NCBI GenBank assembly: GCA_964188305.1
Contig: OZ076896.1
Length of the DNA stretch: 64,000 nt
Direction: 5' to 3' (one strand)
Source: Podarcis bocagei
Lineage: Eukaryota
Of this stretch, positions 12,873-27,242 are shown piece after piece (the stretch's first letter is position 1; the number at the start of each line of letters is the position of its first letter). The notes beneath the pieces were generated by a model. The model worked only from the letters and a program-made list of their open reading frames with translations. It was not told the origin of the DNA and made no database searches. The translations under genes were made by a program, and so were the position numbers.

Positions 12873-12976
12873 ATCAGAGAACCGTTTGGTTGCAAGGGAC
12901 CCCGAGGGTCATCTAGTCCAACCCCCTACAATGCAGGAACCGTTTTGCCCAGCGTGGGGCTCGAACCCACGGCCGT
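12873..12976 (-). mobile_element. Degenerate tRNA/CR1-tail SINE fragment
   Basis: GGTCATCTAGTCCAACCCCCTACAATGCAGG followed by the reverse complement of a B-box-like GGTTCGAGCCC. Confidence 0.55.
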
Positions 12977-13049
12977 ATCGTGCTCTGCCGACCGAGGACC
13001 CGTAACCAGCCAAGATGAAGATGGGGGGGAAGAGAGAGAAAGACAGACA

Positions 13050-13810
13050 AGACCACAGTATGGAGGACCAGAGACGGCGGCTTTAAGACAGCCGTGTAGA
13101 TGAAGCCCGGGGGGGGAGGGGAACCTGGGCCAAGGCGGTGAGGTGGGAATCCCCCCCAGGCCAAGCAGAGCTGGGGAGCGGTTCCCAGCCGCCATTTTCT
13201 CCCTCCCTCGGATGCTTTCTCTGCCCCCTCCCTTCCCCAACATGGCAGCCTCTGGGCTGCTGCGCCGCCTCCGCCTCTTCCCTCAAGTTTCCCTCCACCC
13301 CTTTTGAATTAGGGAATGGGGAGTCCGAGCACGACCCGCACCGATAGGGAGCAGTTATTTGTCCCATGGCTCCCTCGCTTCTCAGGGGTGAGCGTCGCCG
13401 CCGCCGACTCCTATTTCAGGGACTCGGGTCCCGAGGAGCCCAACATGGCGGCTCAAACCGTCGCGCCGCGCGCGCAGGCGACAGCGAGGGGCGAGAGTTC
13501 CATTCGAAGGGCCCCCCCCCCCGCAGAAAGAGCCACGGGAAGAGGGATGGGGAGCGCGCGCGAGGAGTAACGGAAAAAGCGGCACTCACGTTCCACTCAG
13601 AACCCTCTGCTCTCACTGCCTTCCTCTCGGCTTGCCTTTTCTATCCCCGCCCCACGCCAATGCAAAAGCGGAAGTGACGTGAGCTCCGGCGGCCCGCCCA
13701 CTCCAAAAGACCGCGTGAGGGCGCGCGCACGCCGTGCGTGAAGTTAGCGCGCTGGGCGCGCGAAAGGCGAGAAGCGTTTTAAGCTTGTGGGTGACTCGGA
13801 CGTAGAAATG
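13050..13810 (-). promoter_or_regulatory. SUB1: SUB1 CpG-island promoter
   Basis: CpG-rich; ETS-CRE composite GCGGAAGTGACGT at 13668-13680; CCAAT 13657-13661; GC boxes; YY1-like AACATGGCGGC at about 13442. Confidence 0.85.
13590..13640 (-). other. SUB1: SUB1 non-coding exon 1 (5' end approximate)
   Basis: Strong donor AAC|gtgagt (ACTCAC at 13584-13589 on plus) inside the CpG island; exon 2 has only 1 nt of UTR, so an upstream exon is required. Confidence 0.75.
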
Positions 13811-16800
13811 CGTGTAGCATCAACCATCTTAAATAAAAAAAAAAAATCGAATATTTCATTTATTAAATACATTTTTCAAACCCTCAAAAAAACACACGAT
13901 AAAACTGAGAAAAAAAATCACAGCACTGATTTACAACATACAACGGTTAAAACATTGAAACTGGTTTAGGTCGCCTCAACTTTATAAGCTTCTGGGTAGG
14001 CTTGTCTATAATGATTCCAGCAGGCGTGGAAAGGAGTATAGCGCCGGTTTGATCTTAATACAATAGACAGGGAATTCCAAAGTGCAATGTGCTGCCACAT
14101 TGAAAGTTATTACAAATGTGGAGTGGGTAGTATGTGACACTTGTATGTTCAAAGCATGTGACTTGTATTCTATGAAAGTTTATCATCACCATCATTCTAT
14201 ATTTAAAGTAAGAACAGCTACAAACATGGGAATGCAACCATTAATAAACTACCTGTAATTACCGGGTAAACATTGTTATAATTAAAACTTATATTTTAAA
14301 AATCTATTAATAGTTCCTGCTATAAAAAGTTGTTCGTCTTTTGAGGTGCTGCAAGACTCCCTTGTTTTTGCTGCAATAGGCAAGCAGAGCTGCCACTCTG
14401 GAATGGGATATGAATGCCCCTTGCTCCAGCCTCAGGTTGAGAGAACATGAATAAATAGAGGAGCCTTCAGACTGTATTAGTCAGTGCTTTGTTTTCTAGA
14501 AAAAGAGATGCCTGTACTCTGTAAGTGCCACACTTTTTAACAAGAAAAAGAGGTGCTGTACTGCATACCATTGAGTACCCCTGAAAAAATAGTGTTTCAT
14601 TTTCTGCAACTTTTAAAATTAAGGTCTGTAGGAGTACCTGAAGAACAGCATACCTGAGGTGTTGACTCCTAGAGAATCACAAAGCCAACAAAATGCAGCT
14701 TGTAAAATGTTCAAAAGTTGGGAGAGAAACTGGGTCATTCATTGCCAACAATGCCATAGAGAATATCCCCTAAGTGCCAGTATTGTCAATTTACACCCTT
14801 GATGTGTGCTTGGATTTCCCATCTTAGAAGCAGAGCCAAAGAGTTGTCCAGCAGCATTTTGGCAAGATGCAATCGCTAGGAAATCATCTTCACAGAGTGA
14901 CATGGAATTGAGTAAAATGAGGTGTTGCAATATTAAGTGCCAAATTAAGCAGTTTTATAGCTGTCTTTGCTGTTCCACCACCTGCTTCCTTTTACTGCAC
15001 CCTATCCAGAGCACATACTAGTTTGTTTCCTTCTCCTGAGTAGGTTCAGGGTGGGAGGCTTTGTGGTATCAGACATGCACGGATCATCCTGATCTAGACT
15101 TCTGCTCTAAATCACCACTGTCTCTACACTGTGGGTTAAGTGTGGAATTTCTGGAGCTTATATGAACCAGTTAAAACATGGAAATGTTTGAATCTGTAAT
15201 CATACCACATTAAGCATCTTCCAGGGTGTAGTCTCAGGATGTTTGGCAAGCTCCACTAACTCCCCTTACTCCCAGTACTGGGCCTGGTAATGGGGTTCCC
15301 CTGCCCTACAGTGTTCTGGCTCCAGGCTGGTGCTGACTAGAAGATGGCAGATTATTGTTGTACACCACAAGTGGCTCAGCAGTGGGGGCATAAGGAAAAA
15401 CCACATTATGATTTGCAAGCTGGAAAAAGAACAGAACTGTGAGCTTGAAGAAAGGTCCTTGAATCCCACACAGCAGCTTGGTAACAATGGCACAATTATT
15501 ATTCCTGGAGAGGCTGCAAGGGAATACTGATGTGCAACTGAAGTGGGGAGTTGGATATTGCTGTCCAATAACAGTGTTATAGCCATAATACTGTAATAAG
15601 AGATCTACCAATAACAATTAAATTTATCAATCATATGCAATTGTTGTAAACAAAAATATGCCCTTTTCCCTTATGGGGTATCCAAGAGCCCATATAGAGT
15701 CCTTACATAGGTTCCCTATTGGTAGGAGAAAATAACAGAGGCCAACCAGAGAATATTGAGAAGAAAAGCAGCTATTGATCTGTTGCAACAGGGTGCTCCC
15801 CTCACTCGCAGGAAAGGAGGAGGACCCACAAAAATGCTGTGCAAGGGCTTATAAAGACTTTTGAAATTCCCATCCTGTAGATCAAGACCACCCCCAGAAA
15901 CATTATACATGCATCACAGAAGGGATGTAACCTAAGACCACCCCTCAGATACATCACAGAAAAGGCGGTCTAAAACAGAACATTTGCATTTTGTTTTTCT
16001 CCTGTCGCTTGTTTATTTCCTGTCTGGCAGGTTACTTGATTGGATTGCCTGAGGAGCCTGGCCAGTCTTTCATAATGATAATTATGAACCCTTATTCAAA
16101 CCCTTATTCAAACTCAGACTTACCCTTAAGACAGGATTTGTGAAAGAAAAGACAATGGAGAGGTTTTTCCACTTTGACCATGCAGAGAAACATTTGCTCA
16201 GTTTAGGAATCAAAAAATGACTTCAGGTCAGTCTTCCTGTGCTTGATCTATGTGCGTGCAGTTATGAACATTACCATATACCTAGACCTCAAAATTCCTA
16301 TCACACAATGTATCTGAGAAACACAATTTTAGTCCTACTGACCATATCTTTATTAGAGCACTAAATTGCAAAAATGGGTCACAATTCAGCAGAAGTACGA
16401 TATGCTTACTTAACCCACTGGTATCAATGGCTTAAACAACGCTAATTCTGCACTGGATTGTGGGCTTCTCATCGTGAGCACTTTTGGGTCAAGTTTCTTT
16501 CAAACAAGTCTGGAGTGTCTCCATGTGATTTTACTAACACAACACAGTGCACTCCACTTCGTAAAAGGCCGGGTAAGGAAAATGCACTGGAATGAGAAGA
16601 AACCGCGCCCTGGCCAAAAACTACGTTTCCCGGCAGCCTCCGCACGCCTCGTGCGCACGCGCCGAAAGTCTCCGCCCGCGTCACGTTCCTGCCTCGCGGC
16701 GACCAAGAGAAACCCAAGAAGGACGGCGGGGGAGGAAGGAGAAGAACTACATTTCCCGCCGTCCCCTCTCCCTGTTTTACAACCTAGCAAGTGCCGCGCA

Positions 16801-17072
16801 TGCGCCACGGAGAGGCCTGGCTCCTCAGTTCGCCCGTTGAATCCTCGTAGGTCGGTCAGTCGGTCGGCGGGCGGCGTGTGGGAGGGGAGAGCCAGACGAG
16901 CCAGCGACCTGCGCGCCTGCCTGCCTGCGACGGTGGTGGCGGCGGCGTCGGAATCAGTGAACCCGGAGCAGCAGCTGCAGCAGCAGTAGTAGCGGCGTCG
17001 TCCTCGGAGCGGGGCGAGCGCCGGAGGTAGAGAGTGTGTTTCCACCGCCGCCATTTCTGTCAGCCCGGACTC

Positions 17073-17340
<268 letters not shown>

Positions 17341-17839
17341 TAAAGAGGAGGCGGGCGGGCGGGGGGGTGTTTCCCCGGCCCCCCTTCTTCCCTGGCGCAG
17401 CGGGCGCCGTCGGGGGAGACCTTGGAGAGGAGATGCGCGCAAACGCCGGCGCGTGTTCGTTCTCGTGCGGAGGTGTTGCTGCGTGTTGTGTGCCGCGACG
17501 GGGGGCGGAGCCGGCGGCGTCAGGCCTGCTTCGGGTCGTGCATTGGAATAAGGGCTCCCCGTCCTGCCGTAGGGCTGGATCCGCCTCCTCCTCCCCTCCA
17601 GCCTGGTTATTCTGCCGCCGCCTCTCCACTCCGCCCTTCCAGCCCCATCCTGCGCATGCTAATGAAGAAGACTCTGGTAGCGAGAGCTGTACGGCAATGG
17701 AACAGACTCTGCTGGAAGGATTCATTCGCCTTCCTTGGAGGCTCTTAAGCAGAGGTTGGAGCATAGCTGTCAACTTTTACCTTTTCTTGCGAGGAATCCT
17801 ATTCGGAATAAGGGAATTTCCCTTAAAGAAAGGGAAACG

Positions 17840-17952
17840 TTGACAGCTATGGGTTGGAGGGCCACCTGTCATGGATCATCTTGCTGAGGTTCCTGCATTG
17901 CAGGGGGTCGGACTAGATGACCCTGGGGATCCCTTGCAGCTCTACAATTCTA
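17840..17952 (+). mobile_element. CR1 LINE 3' end fragment
   Basis: GGTTGGAGGGCCACCTGTCATGGAT...GGACTAGATGACCC...ATTCTAT; boundaries approximate. Confidence 0.65.
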
Positions 17953-19236
17953 TATTTAGGTATCCCCAGATTGTTCAGTGAAACTTGCTTTCCAGCAAAC
18001 AGACACAGGGTTGCAGCTTTAAATGCGTTCTGCAACCACACTCCTTCCCTTACTCTCCACCGCCAGGCCTTGGAAAACCTGTATTTTCCAACTATATTTC
18101 TTCCATTACATACTGACTTTTGTGTTCTGTATGCATTCAGTATCCTCTAAACGGATTATTGCTCCTGCCTCCCTTAAATATTTGGCTTCCAAAACCTATT
18201 TCAGAGTTCTGTGGTATCTTAGACTAATTTTTAATATTCAAAATAAATAAGATAAAATATAGGCAGGCTGTAAGGACTGATGGCTTGTCATCCAGGGCTT
18301 TGGATCCTAAAATAAGTTAAGGAAGTTCATGGAAGAAGTTCCCGCCTCTCCAAAGCCTCCAAAGGGTAGCTTGAAAAATAAAGAGGGCGTAGGAAAGTTT
18401 CATTTCTGGAACTTCCCGAATGAATGTTAGAATCCAACCCCAGCTGAATATTTGTGCCCTGCTGTAAAAAAATGGAAGTTTGTTATTATTTATTAAATTT
18501 CTATTCCACCCTTCATCCAAAGATCACAGGGTGGTTTACAATATAAAGTTTACAAAGACAAAGGCTATAGTCTGACATACTCATTATTAAGAACTGACAG
18601 TGTTTCCTTTAGGCCCCCTCAGTGCAGACTTTAAGAATTCATGGCTTGTGTGATTCAGAGCAGCTTTCTCATAGTATATTATGTGCCTCGTGTATTTTAC
18701 ATTTTTGTAAAAGATGTATGTTGTTTTGTGATGACTTGGCTCTAAAAACTATAAATACGTACACTAGTTTAAGAGTTCCCCCAAAATAAGTGTTCAGTAT
18801 GGTGTGGTTGTGCAATTTTTCATAATTTCGGGAACAGGTGTTACCAAATGAAACTTGAAATGGAATGATTTTGAAAGAGATGATAAATTTCATAACTTCT
18901 TAATTACATAACTTCAAAATAGCATGCACATACAGTACCTCGCTTAGCTGAAATTATCCACAGTGAAAGGAACATTTATTACATCTGAAAGACAGTCTAT
19001 CTCCTCTTTAAGAATCTGGCCATTTTGTTAAATTGTTTTGTTTACTGTGTAAATACCTCCAATTTAAAACAATTTGTATTTTTGTCAGATTTTGGCATAG
19101 TGGAGATAACTGTAATGACAGCACTACTTTATATATAAATTTACTTAACCAACTTTGTGACCTCTTGTATAATTAGAATGTCTTAGAGGTAAACCTTGAA
19201 CTTGAAAACTTGTCAATTGATGGCAATTGTCTAATC

Positions 19237-19372
19237 CAGGCATCCCCAACCTGTGGCCCTCCAGATGTTTTGGCCTACAACTCCCATGATCCCTAGCTAA
19301 CAGGACCAGTCGTCAGGGATGATGGGAATTGTAGTCCAAAACATCTGGAGGGCCAGAGGTTGGGGATGCCTG
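19237..19372. mobile_element. hAT MITE (URR1-like), long TIRs
   Basis: CAGGCATCCCCAACC...GGTTGGGGATGCCTG with 8-bp TSD GTCTAATC (19229-19236, 19373-19380). Confidence 0.9.
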
Positions 19373-20123
19373 GTCTAATCATTCTCTTGCTTCAAATGAA
19401 TATCCACATAGAATGCTTTTATTGTTTCAGGATTTTTTACAGCTGCTAGGTCATACCTACACCTCTTAGGTTTTAATAATTGGAACTGTATTTTATTAAC
19501 TAAAATCAGTTGCTTTTTCATGGTAAACACTTGCATATTTCATGGCACAGTCTTAAAAGTGTATATTTCTGATATAAACAGAGGCTGAGATCCAAAGAAC
19601 TGCATGTGCAAAGCTATTCAAATCTGGGGAGAGGGCTAGGGGTGCTTCCTCCTTGTGAAGTGGTTTCCTGAAATTAGAATGGCTTTTCGAAATGGGGAAA
19701 TGTGCATCTGCATGTATTCTGCATGGTGCTTGAGATCTTGTCCATATTGTTGGAAATAACATTTTTGAAAGGTATGTAGCCAACCTTCAGTTTATTTCGC
19801 TTGATACCGGCGTTTTACATACTACAGCAGAAATATACTTTACAGACTTCTCCATTGTTTGGTCTTGAGTCTTAATAATAATGCATGGGTATTCTGTTCC
19901 CTGTGTAAGATTTCTAACGTGATGGAATTCTCTCTAGCCACAGTGTAACAGTTGTACTTGCAGACTTGCCAAATCTGCCTTTCCAATGTTCCATTTGAAG
20001 AAGTACAACTCTGAATTGTCGAAAGCCCAAATAGATTTTCCAGTTCTGTAATTACTGGAAATAATATTGTTGCCACTTCTCAGAAATTCACTGCTCATTT
20101 CTTGCATTTTGTTGACTCTATAG

Positions 20124-20332
20124 CAGGGGTCGGCAACCTAAGGCCCATGGGCCGCAAGCGGCCCACGGGGGTCGATTAACCGGCTCCCGCCCCGCCCCCA
20201 ACCAAGCCACCCACTTGGTGAGTCTCCGCACGCTGCACTAAACCAGCATGGCACGGGGACTTGCTTCCGCAGTGCTGGAGATCACGTCAACGCAGATGCT
20301 GGACCAGGCAAGGTTAACCTTGCTGACCCCTG
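20124..20332 (+). mobile_element. hAT MITE, family B
   Basis: CAGGGGTCGGCAA / TTGCTGACCCCTG TIRs; 8-bp TSD CTCTATAG on both sides; related to 32562. Confidence 0.9.
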
Positions 20333-20599
20333 CTCTATAGCCTATGGAAAACAGTTAGTGCCTCATACAAAACTTATTTGGGTGGCATATATAACAAAAA
20401 GCCACCCTCACCTTTAACAATAAAACAACAATATAGAAAGTATTTTATATTTGTTTATATATTGTCCACTCAAATAAAATAGCAAGACAGTGCGGAATAT
20501 ACTGTTATATGTGAATACAATAAAACATCATATACTGTAGAAACAATACAAAATTATCTCAGTAATGATTAATACAAGAACCCTGAACCTGGCTCTATG

Positions 20600-20910
20600 G
20601 CCTACAAACAGCTGGTGTAGAATTTTTTATAGCAAGGCTGTCGCATGCTGTCTGCTGTCCTCCCCCATCACGCAGCATTGCCATTTCATTCTACTCCAGG
20701 TTAAGTTTCTGGACCAGGGCCATGGGAAGCCCCACGTAGAGCGTATTATAGTAATCTATTCTCAAGGTTAGCAGGGCATGTACTACAGTGGCCAGGTTAT
20801 CTTGACCCCAAGATGACTGTAATGGCATGCCAAATAAAATTGGTGAAAGGCGGAGAAGTATTTCATTAGGATATTGAGGTCCTGAGCTGTATAGGGCTTT
20901 GTAAATCAAA
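20600..20910 (-). mobile_element. Degenerate L2-type LINE ORF2 C-terminal fragment
   Basis: Minus-strand translation LATVVHALLTLRIDYYNTLYVGLP resembles the L2 'LVHALVTSRLDYCNALY.GLP' motif. Confidence 0.65.
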
Positions 20911-23900
20911 ACTTTGAATGACTCGGGTACATTTTAAAACAAAACCTATCTGTTGGGACTTGGTTTTTATTCACTGGCAAAATAAAAAAATCTGGGCTGT
21001 TATATTTCTTATCCAGATTTTACTATATGTCCAACATTCTCTGTATTTTAAGTAAAGGACATTACTTTTTATTTGAAACTCTGAAGGAATATAAAATTAC
21101 TTATTTTTCTTATAAGAGATCTAAACTTCATCACAATTAATTAGAATACTTCTTTGGAAGAGCTTCAAATACAGCAAAGATACAGCAAAGTTTTAGGTAG
21201 AGGATGGAATTACTTCATATGCAGAAATAGTGATTAGAACAGAACAGTTGCCTCCATTCTGTCAAAACTTCTCTAGAGTTTAGCCATGCTTTAATACAGC
21301 TATAAAGAAGAGCATCAGAAATTATTTTACAAACTATGAATTACCATGGTATTATAGTGATACAAAATGTTTCTATGACAGTGATAGCTTATTGCTAATA
21401 AAAATGACAGAGCTACTGATTCCTATTAGAAAAGGGGGGGGGACACACACAACTTCCTAGGCATGATCACAGATGAAAAGAATCTCTAAAAATGTTGATT
21501 CAGTACTAAATTATGTATGTGTGGGGGGATTAGTAGAAGAATGGAGTCAACAAGGAACAGGCTATGCATAGATCAGTTGTCATGAGAAATTATTCAGACC
21601 AAAGAGAAGGGAAGAATTGGTGGTTTGAGACACTATTTTAACTGTCTCCTTTTGCACACAGTTTCTGTTTAAAGGAGATTAGCAGAAGTTACTAGTTCTT
21701 GCCAGTGTGCCTCAGAATACAAGGTTGAGGGAGGCCTCTACCCAGGAGGTAGGAGGTCAAATCCTACAATTTGTAAATTCTTGCAAACTCGATCACTGGC
21801 TCTGCGGGTTGTGGCAGACGCAAGGGGAACAGGTTTGCTAAAGTAAATGTGGTAACAGAACTATACCAGCCTTAGAAAGAATAATGTTAAGGCTGTTCAT
21901 TCTGTGCCATAACAAAATACATTTTCTTCACATGAAACATTTCAAATATTTCTAAATGGTATATATACTTTTGATTTGCTGCTTCATCATTATTATAATG
22001 AATGACATTTCACTGCCTGCCTTCTCAAAATAAAGAAAATGTTGGCTTCACTTGCCTAAAATCACTTTTTAAGCATTCTGTGAGCCTACTTATGTTTTGC
22101 ATTTAAGCATTTTGTGGGGAGAGTGTATGCACAATTATGTTGCTACTTTGAAACTTTTCTTCAAAGATGGCATTAAAAAAAAAAATCCTTTGGGGGTATT
22201 TTCTTGGACAATTCTTGCAAGATAAGAGTTGTCATTTGAAGGTTGCTAGAATGATTGTTTCATGAAGTATATGTTGTTTATTATTATTTTCTTACTTTCT
22301 CTGTAGATTCAGCTGAATCTTCCTTTTTTCCTAATTATACTATCATATCATATATACACTTATACCAGTTTGTTTTTGAGTGTTTGAGGTTATGTAGTCG
22401 CAATTGCTCCACACATGCATGAGGAAGGAGTAACCAAACACATGTCTCTGATTAACCCCAAAACTACAAAAAAGGACCCCTTCCCCCAAACAGCCTATTT
22501 AAATGTCATCAGAATAGAAGTAAGAGCTGCCTCTAGAAATCAGTGGAGAAAAACAGTTTTTTAATGTAGCTGACTTTGACACTAGTGTGCTCACCCCATT
22601 CTGCCCCTCACCCCTGAATAGCCCAATTAAAATAAGATGTTCGGTGGACCCAGGATGCTGGATAATGGTATGGTCAGAAATGTGAGTGGGAAGGAATTGA
22701 ACTGCACTCAACATTGCTATGCTTGTAATACAAAATAGTGCACCTAAAATTACTAAATGCTATACAAGAATGAAAATGGTCCCTGCCTGCAAGTTGACAA
22801 TGCACTGCCTTATTGTGGCCTGTTACGAAATTCCTAGCCTTCTATCCTGGGATTCAGCTCCTGCCACATGTTCTTTTCAGCCTGTCAAAGAGCTGTTTGT
22901 CAGGCTGCAGGGAACACAGTTTATATGGATAAGAAGATGCACAGGGATCTTCCTTCACTTACAGTTGTTCTTCCCACAGCATGCTAAACAGCTGTTTGAT
23001 GGGCTGGGGGTGGAGGAAGCTTGATTTTCAGTGCCAGTCGGCTGGGGAGCATGAGAGACACATGACGGAATCATGTATCATCCCTCCTTACCCTCTATCT
23101 GTGTGCGGGGGAGCGTTAATTTGTACATGGCCCTCAAACAAATGTGGCCCACACAGCTATCAAGGTTGCTTACCAGTGATCTAAATGTTTATAATTACAT
23201 GAATATGGTGCTTACATGACTTTTCTCTGTATGTGTTAGTGTAGGAGATGAAAATACTTTCCCATGAAGGAAATTAGCTGCAAATACATTTTCAGGTGTG
23301 CTTTTTTGAGGCTTTCCATTTCCTGGGAGCATTCTAGGAATCTATGTCTGACTCTGTATCTTTGGTTCTATTGCACTGCAGAGTGTTTGGAAGCATTTAC
23401 TCCACAGTAGTTGTTTTATATAGAGGTTGTGAAATCGTAGTTTTCTTAGATGTACTATAGCTATAAAACCAAGTACCTGACTGATCTATACATGTCTTTA
23501 AAGCAGGTGTGGGTAAGCATTTCTAGCCAGTATCTCCCTACCTGTCAAATCAACTGATGTTGCACTGTCATTAGGTTACGCTGGTTTGAAGCCCTGGTTT
23601 TCAGACTTTAAAGCACAGTGTGGGCAATTCGAAAGCCCTTTTGCAGACAGCCCTCTCTAAAAGTTCAAACATCAGGGGTTCAGAGAGCACTGTAAGGTTG
23701 CTTGCAAAAGGATTTCAAGTGTGTGGCTTGCCCCAAACTACATCGGAACCAAATGGGGATTCCTGGTAGGGCAGGTTTGGCCTGTGGGTTGGAGGTTCTC
23801 CACTTCTGCTTTATGTAAGTTTGTTTTACATCAAAAAACATTCTCTCAAAATTATATTTTGTTAAAAATGGTTCATTGGTTAAGGATGCAATCCTGTGCA

Positions 23901-24273
23901 CTTTCCTGGCAATTAACTCCTGGTGAGATTTACATCTGATGAGTATACATGCATAGGATTGTGCTCTAAATTATTTTGCTTTAGAGTAACATTAATGTTC
24001 AGTGCCGATTTCGCTAACCTTGTGACGTTTGCCAGATGTTTGTGCAACTGAGCTTTTCCAAGATCATAAAAGTGAAAGGCCCCATTGAAAGGTTTGGAGA
24101 AATGGGAATTCCACGACTTATTTAAACTCTTGGTCACTGTGCTTGTGTTTCAGACTTAATTTAGCCTTTTTTTTAGCTACCCTTAAACTTGGACAATTTA
24201 AGCAGCTTTGCTATTAGGCATCTGGCTTCATTACAACATCATCATATTTCTTGTGTTTGTCTTTCTATTACAG

Positions 24274-24556
24274 CCAGCAGCCAGCTTCAGGTGTAGCCTA
24301 TTCCCATCCAACTACAGTTGCAAGCTACACTGTCCATCAGGCTCCTGTAGCTGCACACACAGTTACTGCTGCCTATGCCCCAGCAGCAGCAACGGTTGCA
24401 GTTGCAAGGCCTGCACCAGTGGCTGTTGCAGCTGCTGCAACAGCGGCAGCCTATGGAGGTTACCCAACGGCACATACAGCAACAGACTATGGTTATACAC
24501 AGAGACAGCAAGAAGCTCCCCCGCCGCCACCTCCAGTCACTACACAAAATTACCAG
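24274..24556 (+). CDS. ZFR: ZFR exon 3 ([12 protein letters not shown]...TTQNYQ)
   Basis: tacag acceptor, CAG|gtactt donor; 283 nt; matches ZFR. Confidence 0.97.
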
Positions 24557-25799
24557 GTACTTAATGGATAAACCATAATACTTGTGAAATTGAGTCTTTT
24601 ACCTTCTAAAACATGATGGGCGATAGAATATGTTAAATATAGAGTAAGAATGTGCATGTATAACTGTTCTGTAGTTTAGGTCAGTTATTCACAGAACAGA
24701 CCCTGACTGAGTAACGGTGAAATGTAATAGGGTAGCAGATCTACCACCACATCTTCAGCCCTGTCACTCATGCTGGCAGGGGGCATGGGGACAGGCAAAT
24801 TGCTGTGCCAGCCTGACGTTGGTGCAGTGATCAAGATAAATCAAGTCCAGTAACAACAGTGGGTCTGGGTTAAGATCCAGCACATCCTGGACTGGCTCAG
24901 CTCCATCTGCCCATGGAATGGCCTGTTGGGGGACTTCCTGTGCTACTGCTGTTGTAGATGCCTTCAGTGGTACTTCCATGCACCCATATGTTTGGTAAGA
25001 CAGTACAGAAATCTTTTTTCCCCTTTAGCTTGATCATCGCATAGTCAAATATATTTTTAAAAACCTGAGGATAGCACTATAACACCTAGGGGAAGAAATA
25101 TGTAAAACATTACTTAATGTGGAAAGTAACAATAATTTAAGTAATTATTAGCCACTGAACATTCCTAGCAAATTATTAACTGTAGCATAACCACCTCATC
25201 AGCATGCTGCAGAACTTTTAATTATTTAGCACTGTACATGCCTGCAGGCTACAACATATGTGAGATATTAGTAGATTATTATACACAACCTGAGATAAAA
25301 GGCAGTTGTATCCCAAAGAGAGCTCAGTTTCACAACAATCTATCAGCATCTCTACCTGCTCCGCACTTGATGTCACATATGGCACCTGGTATGGGAAAGG
25401 TGGGTGCAGTCTGGGGAAAACTTTTTATGAGATAAATTTGGCCTGCAACACTGGAGATTCTCCAGCCTAATGTAGAGGTTTGTGCTTGGTGTCTTGTGGG
25501 TAAAGTGATGGTGATACAGCATTTTTAAAAAAATGTAGGGGGAAAGGCTGCTTAACAGGACATTAACATTTGTTTCTTTAATGCAAGATGTCCAGTACTA
25601 GCTTCATTTAATCTAGCAATCTTAGGCAAAAAATACATAGTTTGATCCTCAAAAATGTAGCTTATCAATTCTGTAGAATGTTTCTACTATTTTAAAGTCT
25701 GATTAATTAGAATAATCAAAATAATTCAGTAATAGTCCATATATTTAATGGAAAAACTAATGTCCATGTGTTTTCTCCCCCACTCCCATGCTTCTTAAG

Positions 25800-25944
25800 G
25801 ACACCTATTCATATGTTAGATCTACTGCCCCAGCTGTAGCTTATGACAGCAAGCAATACTATCAACAACCCACAGCCACTGCAGCTGCAGTGGCAGCTGC
25901 TGCCCAGCCACAGCCTTCTGTGGCTGAATCGTATTACCAAACAG
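25800..25944 (+). CDS. ZFR: ZFR exon 4 ([11 protein letters not shown]...SYYQT)
   Basis: ttaag acceptor, CAG|gtgagt donor; 145 nt. Confidence 0.97.
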
Positions 25945-27023
25945 GTGAGTTGCAAGCTTTAAAGAGAACTCCAGCTTTTTTGTTGTGATATAGTTCACAA
26001 ATGTGTTACCATCTGCAGATGCTCAGAATCTAGTAAATAAAATAGTTTGTTAATAGCTTGGTTTTCAATGGTTAACTGTTCGGTGGTTAAGTTAGTATTT
26101 GTAAAGCAGTTAGGGCCCAGATATGCGAATATTAACAATCCCCTAGCTTCTAAATGCTCATTTAACTGCTTTATTCAAAGAAAGATTCTAACATGACTGC
26201 ATCACAGAGTGCATGCCGTATTTTATCTTCTTAGGACTTAGAGGGTCTGCTTCCTAGGTAAAACATTTGGCCATTCTGAACTTTTAAGTTCAGAACAACC
26301 TTTGAAGAACAACCTTTTTTGTGACTGCCCAAAAAAAAGGTCAAAGCTTTTGAGAGTGTCACTCTAATGTATGCTCTTGTGCATATGTAGCCTCATGTGG
26401 CTTGACACTGTTTTACAACTAGTCTACGCAGATGGGGAGCAAACTGCTATGTGTGAAGGAAATAGGAAAGGAGATGCTTTAAATTGTTGCAGAGTAACGG
26501 GGGCGGGGAGTTAACTGCTTTTAACGAGAGAGTTTTTTTGGTATAACTCAAATTAGTTTATTTTCTGGACATATCTGTATGGTGCGTTTTATAATGGAGC
26601 CAGCCCCATTCTAACTGGGAGCTAATCACCTCTTTTCATTAAACCAGATGTTGGTGGGAATTTTTTTTCATATAAATTGGTGGATAAAATATTAGATAGG
26701 AATGTTGAATAAGCATACATTTAGCCACTATTACATGTGTTCAAAGAATGTGGAGGTAAACATGTTAGTTTAAGTGTTGTTGCACTGAAAGTAAAAGCAC
26801 AAGCTTTAAGGTGCCGATCCCATTATTATTGTGATAGTAGCAATTTTATAATAGAAGTTCCAAGTGCAGAGCTTAAACTGTAGTGCGAGATTTATTCCCA
26901 TATTGTCTGCCTTATTCAATAATAAGATAAAGTGAAAAAATTAAATGAAATTGGTTTTTAAATTACAATTTTTTACATGATTTTTAAAAGATTCATGTAA
27001 TTTTGCTCTTTTGTCTTAATTAG

Positions 27024-27242
27024 CTCCAAAAGCCGGCTATAGCCAAGGAGCAACTCAGTATACTCAAGCCCAGCAAACTCGTCAAGTGACAGCCATAAAA
27101 CCAGCCACTCCAAGCCCAGCTACTACCACTTTCTCCATATATCCTGTATCTTCCACTGTGCAACCAGTTGCAGCAGCAGCTACCGTTGTTCCCTCGTATA
27201 CCCAAAGTGCTACATACAGTACAACAGCAGTTACTTATTCTG
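27024..27242 (+). CDS. ZFR: ZFR exon 5 (APKAGYSQG...AVTYS)
   Basis: attag acceptor, CTG|gtgagt donor; 219 nt. Confidence 0.97.

Noticed and set aside
12728-13677. Many overlapping ORFs in the SUB1 CpG island
   Set aside because: Expected stop depletion in GC-rich DNA; no recognisable protein.
24287-24578. Cys-rich antisense and Gln-rich alternative-frame ORFs
   Set aside because: Shadows of the GCN-rich Ala codons of ZFR exon 3.
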